From contig OZ231126.1 of NCBI GenBank assembly GCA_965153355.1, forward strand, positions 1,178,001-1,242,000: a stretch of 64,000 nt of DNA, given 5' to 3'. Below are positions 1 to 11,839 of the stretch, in pieces. Every line of letters starts with the position of its first letter. Position 1 is the stretch's first letter. The position numbers were made by a program, and so were the translations under genes. Below the pieces are notes generated by a model, which saw nothing but the letters and a program-made list of their open reading frames with translations, had not been told where the DNA came from and did no database searches. Origin of the DNA: Flaccisagitta enflata. Lineage: Eukaryota.

Positions 1-49
1 ATGGTCTAAAATTCTTTTTCCCGTTATCATTTTGTCGTAAGCCCATAAC

Positions 50-163
50 CAAATCCAATGCGTAAATTTGGTAATCTTGAATTAATCAGAGCTAAGTTTG
101 TAGATTTTTCTAGAGAGGATAACAAAGCAAACGCCATGCATATCGAAACAGTCCAATCCAAAT
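50..163 (-). CDS. Candidate internal exon resembling the TRPC S4 helix and S4-S5 linker (second, divergent TRP-like gene)
   Basis: Strong acceptor ttttttctttctctcag| and donor G|GTTATG; 114 nt, phase 1-1. Translation xLDWTVSICMAFALLSSLEKSTNLALINSRLPNLRIGFG aligns without gaps to the TRPC motif [31 protein letters not shown] as I recall it. Visual alignment only. Confidence 0.45.
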
Positions 164-316
164 CTGAGAGAAAGAAAAAAACAGAATTAGGAAAGTATAC
201 ATGTCGCTTAGCTCAATCAACTCAGAATTATAAGAGCTTTGACACGCAACACTATAAGAGGCTTTGTTCGTCGGTCCATCGGTCCCTTGGTCTGTCAGTG
301 TGTGTGTGCGCTCGTT

Positions 317-400
<84 letters not shown>

Positions 401-585
401 AGTCTGTCCTGACTCACTCGTTTAAATTACTAAGGGCCTGTTTCTAGTCACAGATAGTCCGGTTTTTAACGGGCCACTCAGTCACTATGTTCTTTAGCTG
501 ACTTGCTTTACTTTGCTATGCTCTCTCTGCTTTCTCTGGTGACTGGCTTGCTTATCTACTTCACTCACTCCCTCGTGGGAAGGCA

Positions 586-1095
586 AAACAAGGCCGGATA
601 CACGGCTACCCCAGTCGCGTGTGGGTGGTCAGGGGCTATGATTGAGGTCACCAGATCATTTGCGCAAGAGCAGTGAAGCCAAAAACTGCAAAAACCCAAA
701 AAAAGTAAAGTGTGACGGATGGACCGACGGACAGACCGAGGGACGGACCAATGGACGGAAGGACCGACAGACCGACAATGCGGGGTGTAGAGTCGCGTAG
801 CATGCGACTAAAAATATCAATCATGATATATCTCAATGATTATTATAGTTCAATCATTCAATTTCAATCATTTTAAGTTTTAGTCGCGTGCTACGCGACT
901 CTAGACGCTTTGTCAGTCCGTCCGTCTGTCGGTCCGTTCGTCGGTCCGTCCGTCCATCCATCACACTTTACTTATTTTGTTTGGCATTAATGGGGGCTTT
1001 GGCCTAATGCTCCTGCCCAAATGTTCCACTGACCTCAATTATGGCCCCTGCCCACCCGCACGCGACTGGGGTAGCCGTGTATCCGGCCTTGTTTA
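586..1095. mobile_element. Two head-to-head DINE-1/HINE-like non-autonomous Helentron copies (586-814 minus, 878-1095 plus)
   Basis: 5' T-run plus palindrome agtcgcgtg..cgcgact, a (GTCC/GTCG)n microsatellite, 3' subterminal cacgcgact, a hairpin-like gccgtgtatccggcc and terminal ttgttt. No TSD; inserted in T runs. Confidence 0.7.
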
Positions 1096-1336
1096 CTTTG
1101 GCTCCTGTTGAAACACAAATGTTGCCCTCTGAGGAACGCCGTCTTATGTAGTTGAGGACGATGACTGAAATACTCATTTACCTTTTTTGGTTCCACCTTA
1201 CGATGCAATACAACCTACGAATTATTGCTTCCATTCCTTGGCAGTCTTTGGATGCGCCCCTCTAGCAACAACAAGTGTGCAATCGCAGCTACCCTAATCG
1301 CAATGGCAACGGCATTTGGGCAGAGTTAGTGATGGT

Positions 1337-1569
1337 AAACAAGTGACGCGGGGTCACAATATCGTTGCGGATGGGTGGGCAGGGGCAGCCAAACCCCAGC
1401 CTCACCCCAACCCCCTTCCCACACATTATCAAACACCCACACACATTCAATGACAACTGCAGCATTGTAAATGCGCGTTTCTTGCATTTTCAACTTGAGC
1501 GTGACGGACCGACGGACCGACCAACGGACGGACAAGCCTCTTATAGAGTTGCGTGTCCACAACTAAAAA
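1337..1569 (-). mobile_element. HINE-like element (ttagttgcggacacgcaactctataagaggc subfamily)
   Basis: Same architecture. Related copies at about 1870-2025, 10556-10805, 11350-11540, 25263-25444, 29485-29610 and 62452-62608. Confidence 0.65.
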
Positions 1570-2383
1570 CATAGGCGCCAAAAGAGCTGTTTCCAAGAGA
1601 CATCGACTGACCAACTGACCAATACGAAAAGTTATCATATTTCATGTTGTGTACCGCTGACCAAAAAAGGTGCGGGTCTGCAACCACAATTGTCACTTGT
1701 CTTATTTTTAGTCGCGGACACGCGACTGTACTCCTTGCTGTGTCAATCTGTCAGTTGGTCCGTCCGAGCATAGCATTATTGAAATATTGTCTTTTTTAAA
1801 TTCTTTTTAATGTTATAGCTTATAGGTTATTGCAAGGTGATGTAACTTTGCAGCACTGCAGTATTGCCCCCCCCCCACACACACACACACACATCCAAAT
1901 GCGCGTTTCTACAACTTTTGACTCGCGCGTTATGGACCGACTGACAAAACGACGGACTGATGGACCGACCAATGGACGGACCGACGGACAAAGCCTCTTA
2001 TGAAGTAGCGTGCCCACAACTCAAAATGGAGTTCTTTCACAATCAACCACTACCATGGTAAAGTTTTGGTAAACAATGCCAAGGCTTACCTCGTAGCATG
2101 CTTTTTGTGCATGGGAGAAAAAGGAGATGGCCATCGTTACATATGCGGCATGGACTTAGTGATGCAAAAAATAATCATCAACCCCAAAAGATCTGTTTTC
2201 AAGGGAGATTTTGTCTGATTGATTGACTCAAATGGCAAGTTTTCACATTTCATCATCATCAAGGATGTTTCAATCGCATTTGTGCATGTGAATGCATGTG
2301 CGTGCATGTGTGCGTATGTGGGTGGGTGCGTGCGCGCGCGTGTGTGTGTGTGTGTGTGTGTGAGTGTGTGTGTGTGAACGTAC

Positions 2384-3240
2384 ACTCAAGCAGCTGAACA
2401 ACTCATACCGGTAAAGATCCAACGATGCGTCGCTTTCCAGTGGACTAGACAAATCTATACACATATCTGAGACACGCGATCGCCAACGCTTACTCTGGAT
2501 ACTCATTTTGTCAACCTGAAACAATTTGCCATATGTTTTCATTTGTTTCCCCGTTTGTTTGCTAGTTTCTTCCTTCAAGCATTCATTCTTTCGTTCGTTT
2601 GTTCAATTGTTCGTTAGTTCATTGATTCATTCATTTGTTCATTCATTCCGTTGTTCATTTGTCTGTTTGTTTGTTTGTTTGTTCATGCATTCTTTTATTC
2701 ATTCGTTTGTTTGTTTGTTCATTCATTCATTTGTTTGTTTGTTGTCACATGAATTGGTGGCTTACTTGGCAATTTGACAGCCTCTGTGTCCTTGTGTAGA
2801 AACATAGTCATCAGCATGTGTCGCTTCCTAACAAATATGATCTTTTTAGGAAAAATTGAAAAAGAAAAAAAAATCAAAGCAGATAAGTTTGAAAGGAAGG
2901 ACGATTAATCATAACTACAAGTGATTTTTTTCAATGCAAAGTAATAACGTTCTTGTTGTGGACATGAACAAAAGCGTCATTTTCACTGGATGACTTTGAT
3001 TTTGCGTGCTCTGCTATCAAAGAAATGAAAAGTTGACCGTAGATATTAGAAACGGGTATAAAAGGTTCCTCTCATGATTGTCAACAAAAGCGATTTTCCC
3101 AAAAAAGTCTATAGTGAACAAGGTGAGTGAAAATTTTTTTTGTATTCGTATGAGTGAGAGCATTCCATATCAAAAACTAGCTTGACCTTGTTCCTCTTGG
3201 AAGTCTAAGATCGATTTTTTTACTCCCTTTTCCTGAAAAG
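2384..3240 (-). CDS. Candidate small exons (3240-3187, 3108-3038, 2515-2409 or 2384) of a divergent TRPC-like gene, linker/pre-S1 region
   Basis: AG/GT-bounded and phase-compatible (1-1, 1-0, 0-). Joined translation xFQEKGVKKSILDFQEEQDFFGKIAFVDNHERNLLYPFLISTVDKMSIQSKRWRSR resembles VKAILFSSQDGDEFLGTISYAIRFEEKAFISHP of the + strand TRPC-like gene. Donors GTCAAG and GTCAAC are weak. Confidence 0.35.
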
Positions 3241-3559
3241 CTAGAAAGATTTGTATTGGATGATGGAATTCTGTATGTTTGGGCAGGGGCATGGCAGGGT
3301 CAGCCCTCAGACCTCCAGCGAGCCCAGCGAGCCCAGCCCCCTCTGGACCTCCGGCAATGTAGCCCACTCCTTGGGCACCCTGTACCCCACCGACCAATGG
3401 TCCCTGGTAGCCAGATACAGACCCACCCTTGCTGACCTGGTCCCATACCCTCAATCCTGCCCAACATAGCTGCCTGGTTTTCTGGTAGCCGGCCATTCCA
3501 GAAACGCCAGGCATGGACCCGGAGCTGTTGCCTATACAGGTCCTCAACCTTAAGCATGC

Positions 3560-5700
3560 CATGCATACCTTAAAGACAATGATGACATACCTCAAAGTCC
3601 ACATTGGCATACCTCAAAGAATGATGACATACCTCAAAGTCCATGATGACATACCTAGAAGTCCATGATGGCATACCTTGAAGTCCATGATGGCATACCT
3701 CAATCTCCATGATGGTATACCTCAAAGTCCATGATGGCATACCTCAATCTCCATGATGGCATACCTCAAAGTCCATGATGGCATACCTCGAAGTCCATGA
3801 TGGCATACCTCAAAGACCATGATGGCACACCTCAAAGACCATGATGGCACACCTCAAAGACCATGATGGCACACCTCAAAGACCATGATGGCATACCTCA
3901 AAGACCATGATGGCATACCTCAAAGACCATGATGGCATACCTCAAAGACCATGATGGCATACCTCGAAGTACATGATGGCATACCTCGAAGTCCATGATG
4001 GCATACCTCGAAGTCCATGATGGCATACCTCGAAGTCCATGATGGCATACCTTGAAGTCCATGATGGCATACCTAGAAGTCCATGATGGCATACCTAGAA
4101 GTCCATGATGGCATACCTAGAAGTCCATGATAGCATACCTAGAAGTCCATGATAGCATACCTAGAAGTCCATGATGGCATACCTTGAAGTCCATGATGGC
4201 ATACCTTGAAGTCCATGATGGCATACCTTGAAGTCCATGATGGCATACCTTGAAGTCCATGATGGCATACCTTGAAGTCCATGATGGCATACCTTGAAGT
4301 CCATGATGGCATACCTTGAAGTCCATGATGGCATACCTTGAAGTCCATGATGGCATACCTTGAAGTCCATGATGGCATACCTTGAAGTCCATGATGGCAT
4401 ACCTTGAAGTCCATGATGGCATACCTTGAAGTCCATGATGGCATACCTTGAAGTCCATGATGGCATACCTTGAAGTCCATGATGGCATACCGTGAAGTCC
4501 ATGATGGCATACCTTGAAGTCCATTTTGGCATACCTGGATGTCCATGATGGCATACCTTGAAGTCCATGATGGCATACCTTGAAGTCCATGATGGCATAC
4601 CTTGAAGTCCATGATGGCATACCTTGAAGTCCATGATGGCATACCTTGAAGTCCATGATGGCATACCTTGAAGTCCATGATGGCATACCTTGAAGTCCAT
4701 GATGGCATACCTTGAAATCCATGATGGCATACCTTGAAATCCATGATGGCATACCTTGAAATCCATGATGGCATACCTTGAAATCCATGATGGCATACCT
4801 TGAAATCCATGATGGCATGCTTTGAAATCCATGATGGCGTACCTTGAAATCCCTGATGGCATACCTTGAGGACCATGAGGGCACACCTTGAAGTCCATGA
4901 TGGCATATAAGTCTCTACACGACAGAATTTACTACCACACAGACCGTGTCAAATAATCGGTTTTACGTGGTCAAAAAGTCAAGAACACGAGTCTACTTTC
5001 AATTTGAGGAATAAGTATCTTTTACTAGCATCGAGATAGACAATTATTGCGCTCAATTAGTTGCAGTCAGACAGTTGAATTTCACTCATGTTAGTCTAAC
5101 TCAAATACAGTTGGAGTCAAACTCGAATACATTTGGAGTCAAACTAGAAAGCAATCGGAGTCAAACTCAAATAGTGAGTCAAACTCAAATAGTGAGTCAA
5201 ACTCGAAAAGTTGGAATCAAACTCAGAGAGTTAAGAGTCAAACTCGATTATTAAGAGTCTAAAAATTCGACTAAGGTTTTGACTCTAAAAGGTAGTCCAA
5301 AAATTCGACTCTAATTTTTAGACTCTGAAAGTTAGAATCCAACTCGAAAAGTTTAAGAGTCTAAAAATTTGACTAATTTTTACTCTAAAAGTTAGAGTCG
5401 AATTTTTAGACTCTAAAAGTTAGAGTCTAAAAGTTAGAGTCTAATTTTTAGAATCCAACTTTTAGACTCTAAAAGTTAGAGTCTACAAATTTGACTAACT
5501 TTTAGACTCCAACTTTTCGAGTTTGACTCTAGCGCCGAGCGCCAGCTTAAAATGTCATTAATTTCGCAGAAGACGGCGTACTCCACCTGCGCGATCAAAG
5601 ATGGCATACCTCAAAGTCCATGACGGCGTACCTTGAAGTCCATGATGGTGTACCTTGAAGTCCATGATGGTGTACCTTGAAGTCCATGATGGCATACATC
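3560..5700. repeat. 22-bp minisatellite (ccatgatggcataccttgaagt)n, about 60 units at 3560-4907 and a few more at 5600-5700
   Basis: Directly visible head-to-tail array without spacers, interrupted by an unrelated repeat-rich insert at about 4908-5598. Confidence 0.95.
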
Positions 5701-6180
5701 GGGGTTAGAAAATGAATTCTGAAAATTAGAGTTCAAGCTTCAATTTGAAAAATCAGAATTCGAAATCTAAAAATTAGAGTCCATACTTGAATTCTAAAAA
5801 TCAGAAATCGAATTCCCAAAAGTAGAGTTCAAGCCTGAATTCTAAAAATAGAAGTTGAATTCTAAAAATTAGAATTCGAATTCTGAAAATTAGAGTTCAA
5901 GCTTAAATTCTAAAAATTAGAATTCGAATTCTAAAAATTAGAGTTCAAGCTCTAATTCTAAAAATTAGAATTTGAATTCTAAAAATTAGAGTTCAAGCTC
6001 AAATTCTAAAAATTAGAATTTGAATTCTAAAAATTAGAGTTCAAACTCGAACTCTAAAAATTGGAATTCAAGCTCGAACTCTAAAAGTTAGAGTTCAAAC
6101 CCGAACTCTAACAATTAGAATTTGAATTCTAAAAGTTAGAGTTCGAATTCTAACAATTAGAATTCGAACTCTAACTTTTC
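5090..6180. repeat. Degenerate ~20-bp tandem repeats (gagtcaaactc / ttagagtctaaaa at 5090-5530; aaattagagttcaagct..gaattctaaaaattag at 5705-6180)
   Basis: Visible periodic, partly palindromic AT-rich units. Confidence 0.8.
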
Positions 6181-6479
6181 AAGCGGAAAATTTCCGCGGC
6201 TCATTTTTCGCGGAAAACGTTGATAAATGAAACCCCTCGCGTCGGGACAGCGTTCGCGTCGACGGGTAATCAACTCCAACAAAAAGGAAAAGTCGGAAAA
6301 ACGCCCAAGTCCCGGTGCTAAAAATGCGCTAAAAAGTGCTAAAACTTTATTACCGTTCCCCCCCCTGTGTAATACCTTCAATATGCCTTCAGATATTTAA
6401 AGTTTTTACTCCAGCGATTCTCCTCATTGACGGTGAACATCCTAAGGCCTTTAATTACTCCCACATGTTCCATGTTCAG

Positions 6480-6652
6480 GCGTATATGGTTTTTGCATGG
6501 ATAATCGAGATGGCAAATTCGTGGAGAAGCTTGTCTTTTTCTACTTGAGTGGTTACGTGGCCGAGTCGTGGGCGATGAGCGAGGGAGAAATTGAGAAGTA
6601 CGACGAGCAAGCGCAAAATATCACCTCGTCTTTGCAGACCGTTGATAATCAA
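6480..6652 (+). CDS. p24/TMED (emp24/gp25L) family exon: end of GOLD domain and start of coiled coil
   Basis: Acceptor catgttcag| and donor CAA|GTAAGG; 173 nt, phase 1-0. Translation (G)VYGFCMDNRDGKFVEKLVFFYLSGYVAESWAMSEGEIEKYDEQAQNITSSLQTVDNQ matches the p24-gamma pattern G-x-Y-x-F-C-x-D-N...E-K-L-V-F-F. Not in the ORF track. Confidence 0.85.
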
Positions 6653-6820
6653 GTAAGGCATATAAGGCCCTTATAAGGGGGTACGTGCAAAGCGTAAGAG
6701 GCCTTACTGACCGATGTTGTAGTATAGAAATATCACAGCTGGATGGTGCGGATTACCGTAGCTATTTTAAAAGTCATTATCCTTACTGAGGCTATTTTTC
6801 TGTTTACTTTTCTTTAACAG

Positions 6821-6890
6821 ATACAGAAAATGATGAATCATCAGACAGTCAGTCGGATGCATCTAGTAACGGACTGGTATCTTATATCAG
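6821..6890 (+). CDS. p24/TMED family exon: coiled coil preceding the TM helix
   Basis: Acceptor tttctttaacag| and donor CAG|GTGAAT; 70 nt, phase 0-1, in frame with the previous exon. Translation IQKMMNHQTVSRMHLVTDWYLIS fits the p24 pattern Q-x3-R-x5-D. Confidence 0.8.
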
Positions 6891-6971
6891 GTGAATGGAC
6901 CTCTCAAAAAAAATCATTTTCGTTAATTTAAAATATTGGTCGTTTTGGATATAACTTATTCATATACCTCC

Positions 6972-9365
6972 ACACTGTCCGCCAGAACACGGAATGAGTT
7001 GACTTGAAATGATCATCTACAACTCTGATAGATTTTGAGTCCTTGTTTGTATAATACAAATCTAAAAAGAACTAAATCATTTTTGGGGCGTTTTTTGAAA
7101 TATATACAAAAATAGTACAAATCTAGTACATTTTTCATCATAACTCTTTGTGATGATTTATTTTAGTATTTTTGACCGCAGATTTGGACTCAGTGGGTGG
7201 CTTGCGGTTCGTTTGATATGTCACACTATATACTTATGAAAAAGAAGTAAAAGCTTATTTTTTTATAAAATCATTAAGAGTAAATGTATTTCATAGCAAT
7301 ATGAAGAAAAAATTAACTTTTTATTTCTTTTTCAGAAATATATAGTGTGACATATCAAACAAACCGCAAAGCACTCGTTGAGTCCGAATCTGCAGGCAGT
7401 TTCTCCTATAAACCGGCCCACTGTGGGCTGCATTGTGCGCTAGGTGGCTCATTGGGGATTAACATTACATCTTTTCCATTACATTGTTCCTTATAAAATG
7501 TAAAGAGTGAAAAACATTTTTCTGCATATTTTCAGATGTTATCAAACTATTCATATCCAATATTGAGTCATTTCTATTGGATTAAGAGCTTTATGAGTTA
7601 AGAGTACAAAAGAAGAGAAATTTGAGAAAATAAAGTGAAAAATGCTGCTAAACTCTCTTGCATTTAGTATTTGAATTGTCTAATGTTTTGACCAAATCAA
7701 TTAGATTTTTGTCTTTGTTCAATAGGATGCCTTAAGAAGGTGCTCAAAAAAATCATTTTTTTGCTCATTTAGCTCATTTTGCTCATTTTTCTTTCAATCA
7801 AATAAAAAATTTTACTTTTATCCACATTATTAGTTGTCCATTTTAGGCCAAGAAAATCACAATTTGGACGTCAAAGGCCCGCTTGAGCCATAGCATTCTG
7901 GATTCAGGACCCCTTGAACTACATTTTGGCATAGGTGGCTCATTGTGCGTCCTTGTGCGATTTTTTATATTTATAGGGTAATAAAAGCATGCAAATTAGG
8001 TCAAATATGTAGTAATAGTAGACTAATTTAATAGTGCTAAAAATGTAAAAAATAATGATTTTTGAAATTTTTCCAGATATTTAAACATTAATGAAGGAAT
8101 CCAATCCAATATTGAAGATATCATGAGCTTTTTGTAATCTTAATAGATAATCAGAAAGATTCATTGATTTTTCTTGAAATTTAGCATTTTTTGTTGTAAT
8201 GTCCACTTAGGTCGCCTTTTTTCACTCTAAATTGCCATAAAACCTGTCATATGGACCGGTAATATATGCTAAAATGCTACTATGACCGTTCTACTTAGTT
8301 TGAGCCATATAGCAGAAATGAAAATTTTCACCTAAATACCCAAGGAGCCATCTAGTGCAATCCGTGGCCCTTAGTGCGGCCCGGCCAAAATCAAGCGCCT
8401 GATTGAGTTAATATTGAAAAAAATAACATAAAATGATAGTTGCATCTATCAGCTTCAAATTTTGGTTGCAGGCTCAGAATTTGATACTTTTTCAAGTCAT
8501 ACTGAAAAAATCACTTAAAGTCTTGAACTAAGTTCAATTATATACATTTTTGTGAAAAACAGTGTGACATAAGTGTGACAAGGTGTTAACTCGACACTTT
8601 CTTAAAAAATCAATAACTCTGGCTAGAAATGACATAAAGTTCCGAAATTTGGCATGTAACCTGGGTTATGTCTTTACTACACAGGGAACAAAAAAAAATT
8701 TTACATCATACTTTAAAATATGTTTTATCATGTATTATATGATAATATATCAAGATAAGATATTTCATTATTTTTGATAAATCAACTATAAATGAAATTT
8801 TTGCATAGTAAATTTCCACCAGTCCTCATCAAATTTTTGATGCTTCTTTAGGGATCACAATGGTACAAAAATGATCTATCGTTGGAAAGGCTTGACAATT
8901 CTTTTATAGTTTTATCGTAGTAGATATGAAGTGTGACACAAGTGTGACAGGGAAAATAGACTGTTTTGGCTCTACTTTTGGCTTCCTAACCTATGAAAAT
9001 CTTGAGTTTGAAGGATGTATGTTGAGAACTTTGTCTTAAAAGATGTCTAAGAACAGCTTTCATTATCAACAGAATGATAAGTAGAAGAAAACAGTGTTTT
9101 TTTTGCTGCCAATTCATATTTTTCAGCCGGCCCACTTTATAGGAGAAATTGCCTGCGGTCAAAAATACCAGAAAAGATTACCACAAAGAGTTATGATGAA
9201 AAATAAACTAAATTTACACCATTTTTGCATATATTTCAAAAAGCGCCCCAAAAGTGATTTAGTTTCCTTTAGATTCATATTGTACACACTACAATGACCC
9301 AAAAACTATCAAAGTGAGAGACGATCATTCTACCTTAACACATTCCGCGTTTTGGCTGGTAGTGT
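6972..9365. mobile_element. Foldback MITE (about 640 bp, ~300-bp inverted arms) split by a nested insertion
   Basis: 6972-7240 is the reverse complement of 7335-7393 plus 9155-9365 (e.g. gatatgtcacactatata / tatatagtgtgacatatc; ttttggggcgtttttt / aaaaagcgccccaaaa). Confidence 0.8.
7394..9154. mobile_element. Non-autonomous TIR DNA transposon nested in the MITE
   Basis: TIRs AGGCAGTTTCTCCTATAAA ... TTTATAGGAGAAATTGCCT. Removing it restores gagtccgaatctgcggtcaaaaa, the inverse of 7170-7191. No transposase ORF seen. Confidence 0.8.
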
Positions 9366-9523
9366 TCAGGGGCAAAACTTTCCGTTGAAATTTCTAAGAG
9401 ACTCCATTTTCAATTTCATTTAACGACTTCATCACTGGCAAGTACTAACATTAATATTTCCCTCCTCACCTTCATTTTGGTAATTGCATTCCAAATTACG
9501 TATTCAAAATTCCCGGAACTCAC

Positions 9524-10306
9524 CAGTAAGTGGGACTTCGGTAAATTGGCTCATTTCTCCATTAGACGAGTCTTTCGCTCCTCTTCTTCCTCCTCCTCCT
9601 CCTCCTCCACCTCCCCCACCGCCTCCGCCCCCACCGCCTCCTCCCCCTCCCCCTTCGTCTCCTCGACGTTCCTCCTTCCCTTTCGTCTTGGCTTCGTAAT
9701 CAGAGGAAACTAATTGCGGTTCCTCGGTTTCCTCCATGATGGCTGTCGAGTTCTTTTTGGCCGTGTGAGGGAGAGACGTTACGGAAGCCGCGGCGGGAGC
9801 GGGAGCGGTGGCAGCGGCGGCGGAGGAGCAGGAGAGTGGATTTGAATTGAAGGAACTCGAAGGCGCGATAACGGCTGCGGCAGCGCCAGCCGACGAAGCC
9901 GCTATCATTTGAGAAGAAGAAGGTTGATGATAAGAGTGGGGCATCGTGACGTCTGACTGAGACAGCGGCAGCGCCGACGCTGTTATGTAAATGATGATAG
10001 GCGGCGGCGCCATCGACGCCGCCACCGCCGCTGACGCGTGATTGACGAAGAACGCCGACGCCAAACGCCGAGGCGAACAACGAAGAGGCAGACGGGTAGG
10101 AGGAGGAGGAAGAGGAGGCGGCGGAGGGGATGGAGACGAAGCTGTGGTCGTAGTGGACTGCCGGGGATGCAGTGTCGAGCAGCGGCGCCAAATGCTGCTG
10201 CGGCGAAGACGCCGAAGGCTGAGGATTGTCGGCTAAAAGACGCATTGACGCCGTAGGAGAGGACATGTTCGGCGTGTGGAGGAAAGGAGGGGGTTAGGGG
10301 GGAGAT
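9524..10306 (-). CDS. Large exon carrying the probable start codon; low-complexity Ser/Ala/Gly-rich N-terminus of an unidentified protein
   Basis: GC-rich island bounded by acceptor (CT)n ctccag| at 10306 and donor ACTG|GTGAGT at 9524. The frame from ATG 10013 (MAPPPIII...EETEEPQLV...poly-G...MSQFTEVPLT) is open to the donor, phase 1. An upstream ATG at 10266 is in another frame. Confidence 0.65.
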
Positions 10307-11299
10307 CTGGAGGAGAGAGAGAGAGAGAGAAAGAGAGAGTAATTTAAGAAAAGGATTGGGAGAGGGAAAAAAAGAGGAATGGTAAAGAACGGAGATTTCA
10401 AAGTCTGATTGGAAAAACTATATATTTTCATTTTCTGAATTGTGCGTTGCCATTTGCAATTCAAGAGCTGGAACTTCATCCCTCGATATAAATTTTTCAT
10501 ATATTGTTGCTGAAACTGACAGAAATTCTTTCTTGTATTCATGGGATGTTGGTTAAAAACAAGTGACGCGGGGGTACAATATCGTTGCGGATGGGTGGGC
10601 AGGGGCATCCAACCCCTATCCACACCCCAACCCCCACCTTCCTTCCCCCCACACACAAACTTACACAAACAGTATCTAAAACGCTCGTTTTTTTCACTTT
10701 TCGACTCGATCATCACGGACGGACGGACAGACGTTAGACAGACAGACCGACGGACTGACAGACGGACAAAGCCTCTTATAGAGTTGCGTGTCCGCAACTA
10801 AAAAACTCATTTATCAACTGATTTGTTTCTGTTGGCAATTTACTGTTTCAGCAATCTGAAATTCGTCATGGATGAATTCGAATGAAGTTATTTCCTCTCT
10901 TCGTCGGCGTTACTCGCTTTCGATGTGTTCTTTTTAGATGCGTCCTCGCATCTCTATAATAGGCTGTGTTCGTTGGTCTGTCGGTCGGTCTGTCGGTTGT
11001 TAACGCATTTGTAAAACATCAAAATCAAGCATTTTCAACAGAAAAATGGTTCTGACCCAGTAAAAGAAGCCCGCATCTAGTAATTCATTCATTACGTCGT
11101 GGTATTTCACCAAATGACATTCATTCATAAAAAAAATTCATTCATACAAAACATTCATTCATACTTAACGTTCATTCATAAAAAGGGTTCGTTCATAAAA
11201 AACGTTCAGTCATACAAAACGTTCATTTCCGTTAGTCAGTGTGTGTCTGTCCATCCGTAATATAACTTACGACAGCAGGAACAACATCAACAAAAACAA

Positions 11300-11337
<38 letters not shown>

Positions 11338-11735
11338 GCAAAATGAAGAAAACAAGGCCGGATACACGGCCACCAGTTGCGGACGGGTGGGTAGGGGCGG
11401 AAATGCAACTGTCCGCAAGTGAAAATATTCTAAAACGCTTGTTTTCCCACTTTTAAACTCGTGCTGATGGACGGACTGACGGACGGACCAACAGACAGAC
11501 GGACAAAACCTCTTATAGAGTTGCGTGTCCGCAACTATAAACATATAGAATATGACGTCGTCGATGTAAGTCAACTTCTACAAACAACGCCAACCACAAC
11601 TAAGCCAACAACAACCTTTCATCTAAATTCCACGATCCAAAGCCACGTGGTGTGACAGCTCAACAGAAAATGGCATTATTTGTGTTTCCTGGGCAATGAC
11701 GACTGATAAATTGCTGTGACGGATTTTTTTCATAT

Positions 11736-11839
<104 letters not shown>

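Noticed and set aside
1326-2160. In-frame TAA after CAT CAC at two minus-strand sites, suggesting stop-codon reassignment
   Set aside because: The confidently spliced genes use the standard code without internal TAA. The cactaa motif is better explained as intronic or branch-point sequence.
4117-4906. Three ~250-aa minus-strand ORFs, or a CRISPR-like array
   Set aside because: These are products of a stop-free 22-bp tandem unit. There are no unique spacers and no cas genes.
6476-6661. Minus-strand 61-aa ORF
   Set aside because: Antisense shadow of the p24/TMED exon.
9400-9520. Hydrophobic SLLTFILVIAFQITY as the last p24/TMED exon
   Set aside because: No phase-1 acceptor and no N..V..WS motif.
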